IMG/VR virus record: IMGVR_UViG_3300036829_000104
Span: 1 to 64,000 of that record
Strand: one strand, 5' to 3'
Origin: a virus
DNA length: 64,000 nucleotides
In this document: one piece after another, positions 1-11,034 of the stretch
Position numbering within the stretch: the first letter of the stretch is position 1
Layout of the letters: the number at the start of each line of letters is the position of its first letter
Notes under the pieces: generated by a model
The model's database searches: none
The model's input: only the letters and a program-made list of their open reading frames with translations
What the model was told of the DNA's origin: nothing
Program-made: the position numbers and the translations under genes

Positions 1-287
1 TTGCCGGCCCGGTCGCGCCCGAACCGGCTGAACTTCCAGACGATGATCTCCTCGGCCTCGCCAGCCGCAACCCGGTTAATCGCGTTCGTGATCTTGCGCT
101 TGTTGAAGCTGCGGCCTGTCTGGTCAAGATCCTCGATCCAGTCGATGACCCGCCGGCCGGTGCGCTCGGCGCACGCCTCGATCGCCGCCCTCTGAGTCTG
201 AGGGCTGATCATTTCATCCCGCGCCATCGATACGCGGATGTACCCGATCGCGTCGACCAGCTCGGCGGGAGGGAACTCAGGAGGCAT
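1..287 (-). CDS. Serine recombinase/integrase, N-terminal catalytic domain (truncated at window edge)
   Basis: Manual translation from ATG 287: MPPEFPPAELVDAIGYIRVSMARDEMISPQTQRAAIEACA...DWIEDLDQTGR...IIVWKFSRFGRD. Has the YxRVS catalytic Ser motif and a SRFGR motif. Not in ORF track. Confidence 0.9.
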   Translation of the reverse strand, partial: MPPEFPPAELVDAIGYIRVSMARDEMISPQTQRAAIEACAERTGRRVIDWIEDLDQTGRSFNKRKITNAINRVAAGEAEEIIVWKFSRFGRDRAG

Positions 288-444
288 TGGCGGGCACCTC
301 CGCCTCGTCCTCGCCGAGTGCCGCCGCGGTGGCCTCGATGATGATCTTGCTCATCGGGCGGCGCTGGTCGAACGACGCGCGGCGCAGCGCCTCGTAAACC
401 TCGTCGGGGAAGCGGATCGTCATCGCGTGCAGGGACTCGTCCAC
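277..444 (-). CDS. Ribbon-helix-helix (Arc/CopG-like) regulator
   Basis: MTIRFPDEVYEALRRASFDQRRPMSKIIIEA: beta strand plus two helices; overlaps integrase start. Confidence 0.7.
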   Translation of the reverse strand: MDESLHAMTIRFPDEVYEALRRASFDQRRPMSKIIIEATAAALGEDEAEVPANAS

Positions 445-488
445 ACCGGAATGGTATCGCGGTAGCGCGGCGCACAGATGTTCACGCA

Positions 489-514
489 GGTGAATGACAC
501 AGATGTAATTCACC
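489..514. promoter_or_regulatory. 10-6-10 imperfect palindrome (operator or accessory recombination site)
   Basis: GGTGAATGAC-ACAGAT-GTAATTCACC, 9/10 symmetric, in a divergent intergenic region. Confidence 0.5.
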
Positions 515-533
515 GCCGGCGCGCCTCCGGCAG

Positions 534-561
534 GTACACCATAATGACTGTTATGGTGTAT
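534..561. other. dif-like tyrosine recombinase site
   Basis: GTACACCATAA-TGACTG-TTATGGTGTAT: 11-6-11 layout, perfect 10-bp arms, inner CATAA/TTATG as in E. coli dif. Confidence 0.6.
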
Positions 562-563
562 CC

Positions 564-770
564 ATGGATTCACTTGAGCGCGCGGCCGAGCGCGCCGGAA
601 TGGGTGCCAACGAGTACACCGACCGGCTCGACCGAGGCGATCTCTACTGCTACAGATGTCAGGCCTTTCACCCGGCCGGCGAGTTCGGCAGCGACCGATC
701 GCGCATCGGCGGGAAGGCGGGATCATGCCGACGCTCGCTAGGGGACGCGCGAAAGGCGCGCCGCCGATGA
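564..770 (+). CDS. Small Cys-containing hypothetical protein
   Basis: CYRC...C motif; ATGA overlap with the recombinase. Confidence 0.6.
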   Translation: MDSLERAAERAGMGANEYTDRLDRGDLYCYRCQAFHPAGEFGSDRSRIGGKAGSCRRSLGDARKARRR

Positions 771-1732
771 GCGAAATCCAGCCATACGGGCCGGGCGCGA
801 TCGACGGCCGGGTCATCACCCCGCAGATGGAACTCGCCGCCCGGCTCACCACCGAGTGGTACGGAACTCTCGACGAAGGCAACACCGCAGCCGCTTACGC
901 GAACGACCTGAACCTCTGGCGCACCTGGTGCGAGGCGAACGGCGTTGACCCGCTCGCCGCACGCAAGAGCGACACTGGAAGGTGGATCCGCGACCAGCAG
1001 GCCCGCGGGTTCGCCAAGCGGACCATCGCGCGCCGCGTCTCGGCGGTCGCCGCCTGGTATGAGTTCCTCCACGAGGAGACGGCTGACTCTCCCGTCGTAC
1101 TGGCCGCCGAGAATCCAGCACGGACCCGGAAGCGCCCGAAAGTCGCCAGGGACGACTCGCCCACACTCGGCCTGAGCAAGGCCCACGCGCGCCAGCTCGT
1201 CCTCGCGGCCGACGCCGACAGCCTCCGCAGCGGCGCGCTGATGCGCTTCCTGCTCGGCAACGGCCTGCGGGTCGGGACCGTCGTCAGCGCCCGCATCGAG
1301 GACATCGCCGAGGACGACGGGCATCACGTGATCTTCCTGCGCGGCAAAGGTGATGTCCGGCGCAAGGCCCCTATCCCCCCGCCCGGCTACAACGCGATCA
1401 TGAAGATGCTGGCCGAGCGCGGTCACCCTGCCGAGGGCCCGCTTTTCGCCACCCGGACCGACCGGCCGGTCGACCGCCACTACATCTTCCGTCTCGTCCG
1501 GCGCCTGGCCGGCCGCGCGGAGATCCCGTCCGCCGCGCACCTGTCCCCCCACTCGCTGCGTCACTCGTTCGCCACCGAAGCGCTCAAGCGCGGTGTGTCC
1601 CTGCACCAGCTCCAGGACGACATGTGGCACGCCGACTCCCGGACGACCGAGATCTACAACCGGTCCAGGAACCGGCTGGACAAGAGCGCCGCCTACGTCG
1701 TCGCCGGAGAATTCGAACCAATCACCGACTAA
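767..1732 (+). CDS. XerC/D-like tyrosine recombinase
   Basis: SAM-like N-domain; GLRV (R), GKG (K), HSLRH, WHAD, TTEIY catalytic residues; no arm-binding domain. Confidence 0.92.
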   Translation: MSEIQPYGPGAIDGRVITPQMELAARLTTEWYGTLDEGNTAAAYANDLNLWRTWCEANGVDPLAARKSDTGRWIRDQQARGFAKRTIARRVSAVAAWYEFLHEETADSPVVLAAENPARTRKRPKVARDDSPTLGLSKAHARQLVLAADADSLRSGALMRFLLGNGLRVGTVVSARIEDIAEDDGHHVIFLRGKGDVRRKAPIPPPGYNAIMKMLAERGHPAEGPLFATRTDRPVDRHYIFRLVRRLAGRAEIPSAAHLSPHSLRHSFATEALKRGVSLHQLQDDMWHADSRTTEIYNRSRNRLDKSAAYVVAGEFEPITD

Positions 1733-3188
1733 GACGCGCACGAGTCTAGATAGCGGCTACCGCGTCCGCGTCGTGCACGTACCACCCGTCCCGGATGACG
1801 CCCCAGTCTCCCCAGGCGAGTTGCACGAGCCAGCCGCCCGGACTCTGCTGCCATGCCAGCACCCAGCACGACTGCCAGGTGCCGTCGGTGCGGCGGACCA
1901 TCAGCCGCGGCGTGCGAGGCGGGACGAGCGGGACGCCCTGGTCCGGCTCCGCAGGCGCAAGGTCCGGGACGACTCGGCGCGGCGACCGCGAGACGATGGA
2001 GTGCACCCGCTGATTATGCGCGTCCTCCTCGCGCTGCCAGCTATCGCCACGGAGACCACGCCGGCGGCTCGTCCTCGAACGCCCTCATCCGCTCCGGGTC
2101 GGCGAGGTATGTCTCGCCGAACGTCCCCTCACCGCGGACGTGGTACTCCACCTGTACGACCCAGCGGCCGTGCCGGTCGGTCCACCATGCGCGGGCCTCG
2201 ACTGTGCGCCAGGCGCCGTCCCCGAACCGGATCTCCCAGAGGTCGCGGACGGAACGGTGCGTGCCGGAGTCGCCGGGAGAGTCCGCGGGGATGGCGTGCT
2301 CGAGGGCGGGGTTAAGCCTGGCGTTCCAGTGCGGCATCAGGCAGCGCCGAGCAGGTGCGCGGGCGGCAGCTCGCCGAGGATCACTGTGACGGGCTCGTCT
2401 TTCGCCGGGCCGTCGGTGGCCGGGTCGTAGTAGATGTGGCCGTCAGTGTTCTCTCGGTAGCGGTAGAGGACGGCGAACGGTGCGTCGATCAGGTAGAAGT
2501 CGACTCGGTAGACGCGGTTCACGTCCGGGATGTGCTCGCGCGCCCATGCGGTGCGCTCTAGGAGCTGCTCCGCTGAGCTGCACCACATCAGCGCGGCGGA
2601 TGCGTCCCACACGGCGAGCGGTGCGGGTTCCGTGGTCACTGGTCGCTCAGCGCCTTCATGGGCCGGGTCTCGTGCGGGTGCTGGACGCCGGTGGCGTCGC
2701 TCCACGCGCCAAGCTGCCGGTCCTGCGCGGCGAGTCTCCTGCGCAGTTCGGTGTTCACGTCCTCGGCGCGGGTCAGGAGCGCCTGGAGTTCACCGGCGTG
2801 CTGCTCGGCTGCCTCGGTGGCCTTGGCGGCTTCGGCGCGGGCCTTATCGGCGAGCGGGACGGCGAGCTCGGCGGCACGCCGCTCGATGTAGCCCTCGAGG
2901 TCGGCGATCATCCCGGCCAGCTGACCGAGATCGGTCGTTCCGCTCACGTGCACTTCGGTCACTGCTCGCTCAGCGCCTTCCAGTCGATGCGCGGCGGTGG
3001 GTTGTCCGCCTCGGCGTGCGCCCGCTCGAAGTCGGCGTCGCCGTAGTACCAGAGTCGGCAGCCTTTCCCGTCCTCGCGGAACCGGATGCCCTCGTGCAGC
3101 TCGAAGGTGAACGTCCAGTGCATGGCCTTCGGTGCGCCTTCCCGGTCGATGCGGTCGGCGACGGCGCGGAGCCTGCGGGCGAGGCGCT

Positions 3189-3713
3189 TCACGCCGCGCT
3201 CCGGAGTATCTTCGCCCACCGCCGCAGGTCCTGTTGGACCTCGTTGCCTCGCGTCGGCCATGTCTCCGGGAACATCGTCGTCTTGAACTCGTCGTCCGTG
3301 TCGAACCAGTCGGCGAGCTGCTCAAGCCTTTCCGGCGGGATCTGCTCGCGGATGGACTGCCGTTCCTTCTGCCCGGTCCACGGGAGCGCCAGGCCGTCAC
3401 CATCCCGGCGAGGCAACAGGTGGACGTGAAGATGCTGCACGGTTTGCGTAGCCGGGGCACCGGCGGACGTGATCAGGTTGAACGACTCGATGCCGTTGCG
3501 CTGCGCGTACCACGCGGCCATGTCGACGGCGTTAGACGCCTCGAAGGCCCCGTGCTGCGGGTCGGCCGCGCTGGTGACGTGGCGGACGGGGACGAACAGC
3601 ATGTGGCCGGGCGTGACCGGGTTCAGCGGCTCGAACCACACGACCCGGGCGTCCCGGCCCGCGGAGTCGAACTCGTTCCGGGCAATCCGGCCGCAGAACG
3701 GGCAGCCGCTCAC
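3189..3713 (-). CDS. HIT family nucleotide hydrolase
   Basis: CPFC, PLNPVTPGHMLFVP, QTVQHLHVHLLPR histidine triad. Confidence 0.92.
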   Translation of the reverse strand: MSGCPFCGRIARNEFDSAGRDARVVWFEPLNPVTPGHMLFVPVRHVTSAADPQHGAFEASNAVDMAAWYAQRNGIESFNLITSAGAPATQTVQHLHVHLLPRRDGDGLALPWTGQKERQSIREQIPPERLEQLADWFDTDDEFKTTMFPETWPTRGNEVQQDLRRWAKILRSAA

Positions 3714-5987
3714 CGGCTCGGCTCCGGGTCACCGAACCGTACCGCGGACGCCTTCAGCTCCTTCACCCATCCGCCCCACGAGACGCGGGCGGTCACCGGG
3801 GTGGTTTCCGCTGCCCCGGCCTGGTCCATCTCGGCGATGAACGCGCGGAGCTCGCCGAGGGTCATCTTGCCGTCATGGGCGGTCGCGGTGACGGTGCGGT
3901 CAGTGGGCATCAGTGACCGCCTCGCTGACCTTGGCCAACCATTCGGCGGCGATCTCCTCAAGCTCATCGCGACCAGTGTCGTACGAACTGCCGCGCGTCA
4001 TGGGCTCGCGGTGGACTTCCCGGCCGTTGAGTTTGATCACCGCGAAACCGTGCGGCTCGTCCGACCATGTGAAATCGGCGGGGTCAAAGTCGCGCTCTTC
4101 GTATTCAACGGTCAGTGTCAACGGATACGTGCTCACAGTTCCCTATCCTCCCGTACTTCCGGCGTCAGCCCGCGCAGGAACGCCTCGGCCTTCCGCTCCC
4201 AGCCGTGCCAGTTTTCGGTGCCTCCCGGCGCGTACTCGCCGTTCATGCGGAGGTGCAGGGCTTCCTCGAGCAGCTGGCGGCCGGGGTCCTGATCGCCGTA
4301 CGCCTGCATGATCGCGTCTGCCATCTGCTCGGCGACGATCTTCCCGGCCAGCGGTCCCGTTGCCGGGACGCGGACCTCTATCTGTGTCAGGGCGTCGGCG
4401 AGGCGCTCGCGGTCAATCGGCACTGCCGCTCCCGGGCATCAGCGGGCCGTGGCCCGTCCGTCCTGCCTCGTGGGCGCGGGTGATCAGGTCAGCGATCACG
4501 GCGACCACGGATGTCTCGTAGTTGGCGAGCCACCGCAGCGTCCCGCGTTCCCACTCGCCCAATTCGACGCCAGCCCGTTCGCAGGCGTCCGTGAGGAACT
4601 CCAGCGATGGCATGACGTGGGAGCCGGGACCGTCCCATGCGGCATCCCGCATGGCGTTCAGCCGCTTGGCCGGAGCACTGGCGAGCACCTCTCGTTCGGT
4701 CTCCCACGGACCATGGTCAGCCACGGCGCGCCTCCAGTTCTGCCCGCAGCCGCGCCACTTCGGCTAGTGCCTCGTCCCGCTCACGCTCGGCTTTGCGCCG
4801 CATCTCGTGAGGGGTGAACTTGCCGACCTTCTGGCACACGAACGCGTACCGCTGCCAGTCCCCGGCACCCCTGAACTCCATGGAGATCTCCGAGTAGTTC
4901 TCGGCACCCTCCAGCAGCCCGCGTGCCGCGCCGACCCATAGGGCGGCCGCCTCGCGGGCAGGCTCCATCTTCATGGACACGCCGTTCTGGAAGTCCATCG
5001 ACTTGAGTTTCGTGTTCGCGATGAACTCGTCAGCGAGGCGGTTGACGCCTTCCTCGTCGATGACGCCGAGGATCGCGTCCGTCACCTGCTCGGCCAGGTC
5101 GTCGCCGACCACCTCGCGGGCGGCGCGCATGGCGTCGGAGCGGAGGGTTTCCCAGTCGCGGGACTCGTCAGCCATCGGAAGCCTCTCCGTTCTTCTGTGC
5201 CTCGTCCGCGCGGCTCTGCGCCTCGTACCGCGTGTCCAGCGCGTCCCGTATCCCGTCGTGGTGACCTTCGTCGTAGCGTTCCCAGCCGTGGGCATCCAGC
5301 GCCTTCCGCAGGACGAGTCGGCGGCTCAGGAGGTCCGAGGCGCTGTCGCCGGGGCACTTGGTGAGGTCATGCTCAAGCTGCTCCAGGACGTCAGTCAGCC
5401 GAGTTGCCATCGCTACCCTCCCTGGTTAGTTCGCGGGTGATGGCCTCGCGGATCTTCCCGGCACACGCCGCCCTCACCCATCCCCGGTCTTCGTCAAGAG
5501 CCGAACCGGTGCCGTAGGAGCCTTCGGCCCACTCGTCGGCGAGATTGAGGACCGCGTCCACCACCCCCAGGAGCCGGTGCGCATGACACGGCCACGCGCG
5601 ACGGTCGGACACGCAGACAGGCTCCCCGGGCGGGAGGGTGACCGGGTAGTGGCGGGAGCGGATCTCCGCCAGCTCGGCGGACAGCGCGTCGTCAGGCATC
5701 AGTTCACCGGCCCCAGCACCACGACACGCTCGGCGTCATCAGGAGCGGCATCGTCCTCGCTCCAGCCCTGCTCGTTGTCGCCCGCCATGAGTTCGGCGAG
5801 TTCCTCGGGCAGTACGTATGTCTCGCCGCTCCATGTCGAGTCGGCCTCGTACATGGCCTCCCACGCGTCGGCGAGGGGCGAGTGCCCGTTGCCCTCGGCG
5901 TCCTTGCGGAGGATCACCTTGCGGTCCCTCGGCTGCGTGGCGAGGTAGTCGATGAGGTCACCGACAGTGGATATGGTCTTCGGCTCG

Positions 5988-6440
5988 TCAGACATTGGCT
6001 ATCTCCAGCAGCACATCGGCGTGACACGGAGCGTCCAGGGCGCACCAGCAGGCAAGGTCCTTTCCGGCCAGATCGCGGCGCACATCGTCGACCGTGACCC
6101 GGAGGAACTTTCCAGAGGGGGACGCTGACCGCATCGCGGGCGTATAGTCCCCGGTTAGCGCCCGCCGGTAGGTCTCCACGATCTCCGGGAGGGTCATGTA
6201 GCGGACGTGGCAGGCGGTGACGTGTCCGTCCGGGTGGAAGTAGTCGTGACGTGCACCATCGGCGCTAATGCGGCCTTCGTACTCCCAGTCGCCGTCACCG
6301 AGTGCGGCGGGGACGCGGGCAAGAGCGCGGTCCGTCCGGTAGGCGAACGGGTTGCCCCACTTCGTCGGCCGGGCGACGCTGACCGCGTTCGACGGGAGAC
6401 GCCAGCCCTTCACGCGCTTGAGTTGGATGCGCTCAGCCAT
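5988..6440 (-). CDS. DUF4326 family protein
   Basis: VARPTKWGNPF ... LAGKDLACWC..PCHADVL. Confidence 0.85.
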   Translation of the reverse strand: MAERIQLKRVKGWRLPSNAVSVARPTKWGNPFAYRTDRALARVPAALGDGDWEYEGRISADGARHDYFHPDGHVTACHVRYMTLPEIVETYRRALTGDYTPAMRSASPSGKFLRVTVDDVRRDLAGKDLACWCALDAPCHADVLLEIANV

Positions 6441-6717
6441 CGTTGTGTCACTGATCATCGGTTTATCCCTTCCTCGCCGCCGCAGCAGCGTCCTTGGCGG
6501 CCACCAGCCGCCACCGGAAATTCCCGTTATGCGCCTGCATGCCGTTCCGCTTCCAGAACGAGATGACCGCGCCGTTCTCCAGTACCGCCAGCACGTACAC
6601 GTTGCCGACCTTCTCGACCACCGCGCGAAGCACGGCGCCGCCCCGCTTCGGCCGGCGGTTCACGCCGTTCAGCTCGATGACGAGGCAACGCTGGTCCTTG
6701 TGCCACTCGGTCACCGG

Positions 6718-7191
6718 TCAGCCCTCCTTGTCCGTCTCGCCCAGGTAGGCACGGGCCACGGCGAGCGGGTACTTCTCCATTGCCGGGTCTGACTGCGGGA
6801 AGACCTGCGCGTCCAGCAGGGAAGCCTCGCGGTCCAGCCAGTCGGCGACCGCCAGCCCGACGAGCGGGTTCATCGCCGCGATGTACTCCAGGTCCCGGCC
6901 GTTGCGCTTCCGGTCGTGGGTGCCGTCGCTCCAGGTGTTGCACTGCACGACGGAGACGCGCTCACGCTGCCCGGCGTAGCGGTTCGTGTAGCCGGGGTAC
7001 TGCCCGAAGGTCTCGGGGATGATCCCGTTTTGCCACTCGCGGGGAGCCTCGTCCTCGGGCAGGGCCGCGCCGACGATGGACTTGGAGCGGGTGTCGAGCG
7101 GCCGCTCCCACGGTCCGGGCGTAGCCTCGCTCGCACGCTTGCGCATCAGGGCGGCGGCACGGCGGATCAGGTCGGCGGGAGGCTCAGCCAC
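6718..7191 (-). CDS. Ead/Ea22-like phage protein
   Basis: ATPGPW and YIAAMNP motifs. Confidence 0.6.
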   Translation of the reverse strand: MAEPPADLIRRAAALMRKRASEATPGPWERPLDTRSKSIVGAALPEDEAPREWQNGIIPETFGQYPGYTNRYAGQRERVSVVQCNTWSDGTHDRKRNGRDLEYIAAMNPLVGLAVADWLDREASLLDAQVFPQSDPAMEKYPLAVARAYLGETDKEG

Positions 7192-8971
7192 GGTCGCCCC
7201 TCTCCAGTTCCCGCATCTTCGCCAGCGTGCTCCGGTTGGCGCTGACGAGCCCCCCGAAAGGCGCGGCGGTGGCCATGTCCCCGGCGTCGAGGAAGGACTT
7301 GTGCACTGCGAGATCCTGCTCGATCAGGCGGCTCAGGTAGTCCTTGAGTGCGTCCCAGCGTTGGCCGGGCGTCAGCGGAGCGGACGTCTGCTCAGTCATG
7401 GTCGTTGCTCCTGTTCTCAGAACGCGGACCGGCCGAACCGCTGCCGGTCGCGCCCGCTGTCGTCGTCGTTGTCGCCGTACTCGCGGACGATGGCCATGGC
7501 CTGGGTACGGCCGGACGCCTTCCACTGCCGCGCCGACTCGTCCGGGTCACGGTTCGGGCCGAACGGGTCGTCGTTCGCGTCGTCCTCGGCCGGCTCGCCG
7601 TCGTCCTCCCCGTCGCGCCATGCTTCGTGAGCCAGGCGCTCCGCCTCGTCCTCGGCTTCCTCCGCCTTAGCGGCCACCATCTGCGCCCGCAGACCCGGCA
7701 GGATCGCGGCGAGCTGGTCGACCCCGGCGATGTCCAGCTCAAGCGCAAGGATGTGCGCGTGGCTGTAGTCGCGGAACACCGTGACCGGAGTGCCCTCGTG
7801 GTCGGCGATCGTGCCGACCGGGACGTGACGGTGCCCGGCGTGGATCACCGGGTTACCTCGCGCACGTCGTAGGCGCACAGCCAGTCGCGGTTCCCGTCGG
7901 GGTCGGTGACCTGGTACTGCTGGTGCGGCTCGGGGCGCGTGCCGTCGGTCTCGCACGGCTTCGCGTCGAGGACGGTCATGGTGAAGCCGGGCATGAGCGT
8001 GTGCTCGATGCGGGCTCCGGGCTTGACGTTGGTGGGCATAGATGACTCCTTTACCTTGCGCAGCCGCACGGCTGCTGGGTCCTGTACTCGCCGCGCGACA
8101 TCGCGATCATGTCTGCGTCAACGCACGCGTCGTACATGAGGTCGTCGAGATCATCGCGGTAGCGGTCGATGCCGGCGAGGCGCTGCGCCCGGACCATGTC
8201 CACCAGCGCGCCCGGCACCGCGTCCCCGGCCGGGCCGATGCGGTCCCCGGGGCCCTCCGGGCGCCCGTCCGGGCCCCAGCGGACCACCAGGTACACCTGC
8301 GAGTGCTGTGTCAGCCACGACACCCCGGACGCGCCGTCAGCAGCCGTCCAGTGCACCCGGGCGAACCGGTCAGTACCGGTGCCGGGAGTCACCGCGTCCA
8401 CGCGGACCGGGAACGGCCAGAACGGGGCGAGGATCTCGTCGCCGACATCGGCCTGCCACAGTTCCGGCGGGCCCGGGACGTGCAGCTCGCGGAGCCGGGC
8501 TAGGTCCGCGTCGTCGCGGGTGTTGAGTGCCATGGTCAGCTCTCCCCGCCCCGCGTGACCTCGGCCAGCAGCACCGGAAGGCAGCCGCATTCCTCGTTCG
8601 CGCCGTGGTGGTAGTTGATGCAGTGGTCATCCGGGCATCCGCAGGCGTCCCCGCGCCAGCGGCCGTCACGGAAGCCCTGCGAGCGCGCGTACGCGGCCTG
8701 GGTGATCCCGGCTTCGCGCAGCTTGTCCTTCGCGGCCTCGTTCAGCTTCATGGTTACGCCGCCTTCCGGGCCAGGTGCCTGCCGAGCAGTTCCGCCGGAG
8801 TCCTCCACGGCTGCTCCCGGGTCTGCCGGGGAGGGGTGCCGTTGACCGTCAGCCGGTGGCTGCACCCAGGGCAGCGGTACAGGCCGAGGATGAGGACGAA
8901 GCCGCCGCCGCATGCCGGGTGCTCGGCGATGGCCGTTCCGGCGGTGATTGCGGCGTTGCTCATGGCAAAAT

Positions 8972-9028
8972 TGTACAACGCGACTACTTGTACAGGCAAG
9001 CGCGAACGTGACTCAGTTACCATGTACT
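8972..9028. promoter_or_regulatory. TGTACA operator boxes in a divergent promoter
   Basis: TGTACA at 8972 and 8989, TGTACT at 9023; AT-rich patch upstream of the Phd/YefM gene. Confidence 0.6.
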
Positions 9029-9029
9029 C

Positions 9030-9251
9030 ATGGACACGATTCCCGGCACGATGAACGTCAGCGACGCGCGGGCGAACCTCACCGAAGTCGTCAACACGGT
9101 GCGCCTCCAGGACCGCACCGTGCGCTTGATGCGACGGGGAACGCCACAGGCGGCGGTCATGCCGGTCGACCTCCTCGACCTCGTTGAGCAAGCCGGGGGC
9201 CTCGATGCCGTCCGCGAAGTGCTCCGCAGTCACATCAAGAAGTCCCGCTAG
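9030..9251 (+). CDS. Phd/YefM-family antitoxin-like regulator (orphan)
   Basis: MNVSDARANLTEVVNTV...VRLMRRGTPQAAVMP Phd fold pattern; counter-oriented to its neighbours. Confidence 0.85.
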   Translation: MDTIPGTMNVSDARANLTEVVNTVRLQDRTVRLMRRGTPQAAVMPVDLLDLVEQAGGLDAVREVLRSHIKKSR

Positions 9252-9256
9252 CCCGC

Positions 9257-9559
9257 TCACGCCGCCGCCTTCCGCCGCCGGTCCTCGCCGACTGGTTTCG
9301 GGTCCGCCTCCCGCAGCTCGTCGAGGATCTCCAGGAACCTTGCCGGGTACTCCCTGGCGAGCTGCTGAAGCGCCTTTGCGCGGGTGCGCGTGTACCAGGC
9401 GGCCACGGCGGCGACAGCCGGGTCGGACCGGTACTCGTTCGTGTACTTCCGGTGGCCGTCCCGGCACGGCTTGCAGGGCTCCTCGCCGTTGTCGACGTGG
9501 AGCTTGTAGCCGTAGTTGGTGCCGCACTGGTCACGGACGGGGAGGCTCGCGGCGGTCAT
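9257..9559 (-). CDS. Zn-binding actinophage protein
   Basis: CGTNYGYKLH..GEEPCKPC motif. Confidence 0.65.
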   Translation of the reverse strand: MTAASLPVRDQCGTNYGYKLHVDNGEEPCKPCRDGHRKYTNEYRSDPAVAAVAAWYTRTRAKALQQLAREYPARFLEILDELREADPKPVGEDRRRKAAA

Positions 9560-9709
9560 CGTGTTCCTTCCGGGGTTTGGGTGGTCTCGGGCCCCGGCCA
9601 GCCGGGCGGGATGACGGCTGGCCGGGGGCGGTCGGTCACGCTTCGGGTATCTCGATGCCGGCGCGGGTGCGGATGACGGCGGCGTGCGCCTGGTCGAGGT
9701 CGTCGCAGT

Positions 9710-10222
9710 TCATGACGCGGCCAGCTTCCGCAGCGCGGCGGCGTGCTCTTCGTGGACCGCGTGGCGGATGTTCCACTGGCCGGCGCGCTCCCAGTCCTCT
9801 TCGCGCTCGGCGGTGCCACGGAACTGTGCGGCGCTGGCGGCCTCAAGCCCGCATCTGTCCGCGAGCGCGGTGATGCCGTCGTGGAGCCTGCTCACGCGCT
9901 TCCGGAGTTCGTCGCGCTGGCGGGTGACGTTGTCGTACGCGCGGGCGGTGCCGTCTTCCTGCTCGTTCGCCTCGTCGCGTTCGCGCCGGACGGCAGCGAG
10001 CTTGCCTTCCATCTCGCCGATGCGGGCGGCGAGCCGCTCGTTCTCCTCAAGCGCTCCCTTGAGCCGGTCGCGTTCCGGTCCCCACGCGGCGGCTACGCCT
10101 GCCTCGATCGCGGCGCGGTTGTCGTCGGCGAGGCTGCTGTAGGACTCGAAGTCGCGCCCGTACGGGTGGGCGGCGATGTACGCGTCCCAGAACGCGCGGC
10201 CCGGTGTCTTCGTGTCGCTCAT
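9710..10222 (-). CDS. 'KTPG' family coiled-coil protein
   Basis: MSDTKTPGRAF...; C-terminus paralogous to 12353-12655. Confidence 0.65.
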   Translation of the reverse strand: MSDTKTPGRAFWDAYIAAHPYGRDFESYSSLADDNRAAIEAGVAAAWGPERDRLKGALEENERLAARIGEMEGKLAAVRRERDEANEQEDGTARAYDNVTRQRDELRKRVSRLHDGITALADRCGLEAASAAQFRGTAEREEDWERAGQWNIRHAVHEEHAAALRKLAAS

Positions 10223-11034
10223 GACTGGGTCTCCTTGGTGCGCCAGAACCACTCGCCGCCGGTCTCGGTGCCGTTCCACTGCTCGTCCGGCTCGTTGTCG
10301 TCCACGTCGGGCAGGACATTCAGCACCCGCTCGCGGACAGCGTCCATGTCGCCGCGAGAAACGTCGATCCACATCGCATACAGGTCGCGCGCTTGGTGCA
10401 CGACCACGCGGCCGAGCGTCTGGCATGCTCGCTGGATCTTGTCCCGCTCGGCGGTGACGGCGGCGAGCTGGTACGCGAGAGCGCTTGGCGCATCCCCGGC
10501 GTAGTCGCTGATGAGCGCGGCTTCGTCGATGACTAGCAGCGCCGCGTGCTTCCGGTCGCGCTCGGCCTCAATGTGGCGGACGTAGCGGACGGCGATGACG
10601 TCGGCTGCCTCGTCGCCGTCGAACTCGTCGCCCGCGTTGAGCAGGATGCCGTTGATGGTCTCGGCGTGGTAGCCGTCCATCTCGGCCGCCTCGGCGCGGA
10701 CCCTGGCGAGCTCCGACTCCAACTCGTTGATGCGGATGGCGTGCTGGTCACGTTTGCGGTCGGCGACCAGCGCCCGCTTCTGCGCGGCGGCGAGATGTGC
10801 CTCCAGTTCGCCGATGCGGGCGTCCCGCTTGGCGCGCTCGGCAACCAAGCGGCCGTCCATCCGGTCTCGTTCGGCGTGGACAGCGTCGATGGCCGCATTT
10901 GCCGCAGCTTCCCACGCGGCGCGCTGCTCGTCGGTGAACTCCTGCCACGCCAGGTCGGCGCGGTCTAGATGCGGGAAACGGGCATCAACGAAGGCCGTGT
11001 GCGCGGCCTGCCCGGGTGTCTTCGCGTCGCTCAT
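10219..11034 (-). CDS. 'KTPG' family coiled-coil protein
   Basis: MSDAKTPGQAA...AAWEAAANAAIDAVHAERD. Confidence 0.65.
   Translation of the reverse strand: MSDAKTPGQAAHTAFVDARFPHLDRADLAWQEFTDEQRAAWEAAANAAIDAVHAERDRMDGRLVAERAKRDARIGELEAHLAAAQKRALVADRKRDQHAIRINELESELARVRAEAAEMDGYHAETINGILLNAGDEFDGDEAADVIAVRYVRHIEAERDRKHAALLVIDEAALISDYAGDAPSALAYQLAAVTAERDKIQRACQTLGRVVVHQARDLYAMWIDVSRGDMDAVRERVLNVLPDVDDNEPDEQWNGTETGGEWFWRTKETQS

Larger units (their letters stand above)
1746..8963 (-). other. Tightly coupled leftward operon of ~25 small hypothetical phage genes (e.g. 2041-2337, 2337-2639, 2636-2962, 2959-3192, 3710-3910, 3900-4136, 4133-4423, 4413-4724, 4717-5175, 5168-5410, 5391-5699, 5699-5995, 6463-6714)
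   Basis: Chain of 1-11 bp start/stop overlaps with protein-like composition. Confidence 0.75.

Noticed and set aside
1-195. Plus-strand 64-aa ORF in the track
   Set aside because: Antisense to the serine integrase, which has clear catalytic motifs.
668-1741. 357-aa minus-strand ORF, and similar long antisense ORFs at 54956-56998, 60287-62986 and 41442-42884
   Set aside because: Shadow frames of well-supported genes; stop codons are scarce in high-GC DNA and these have no motifs.
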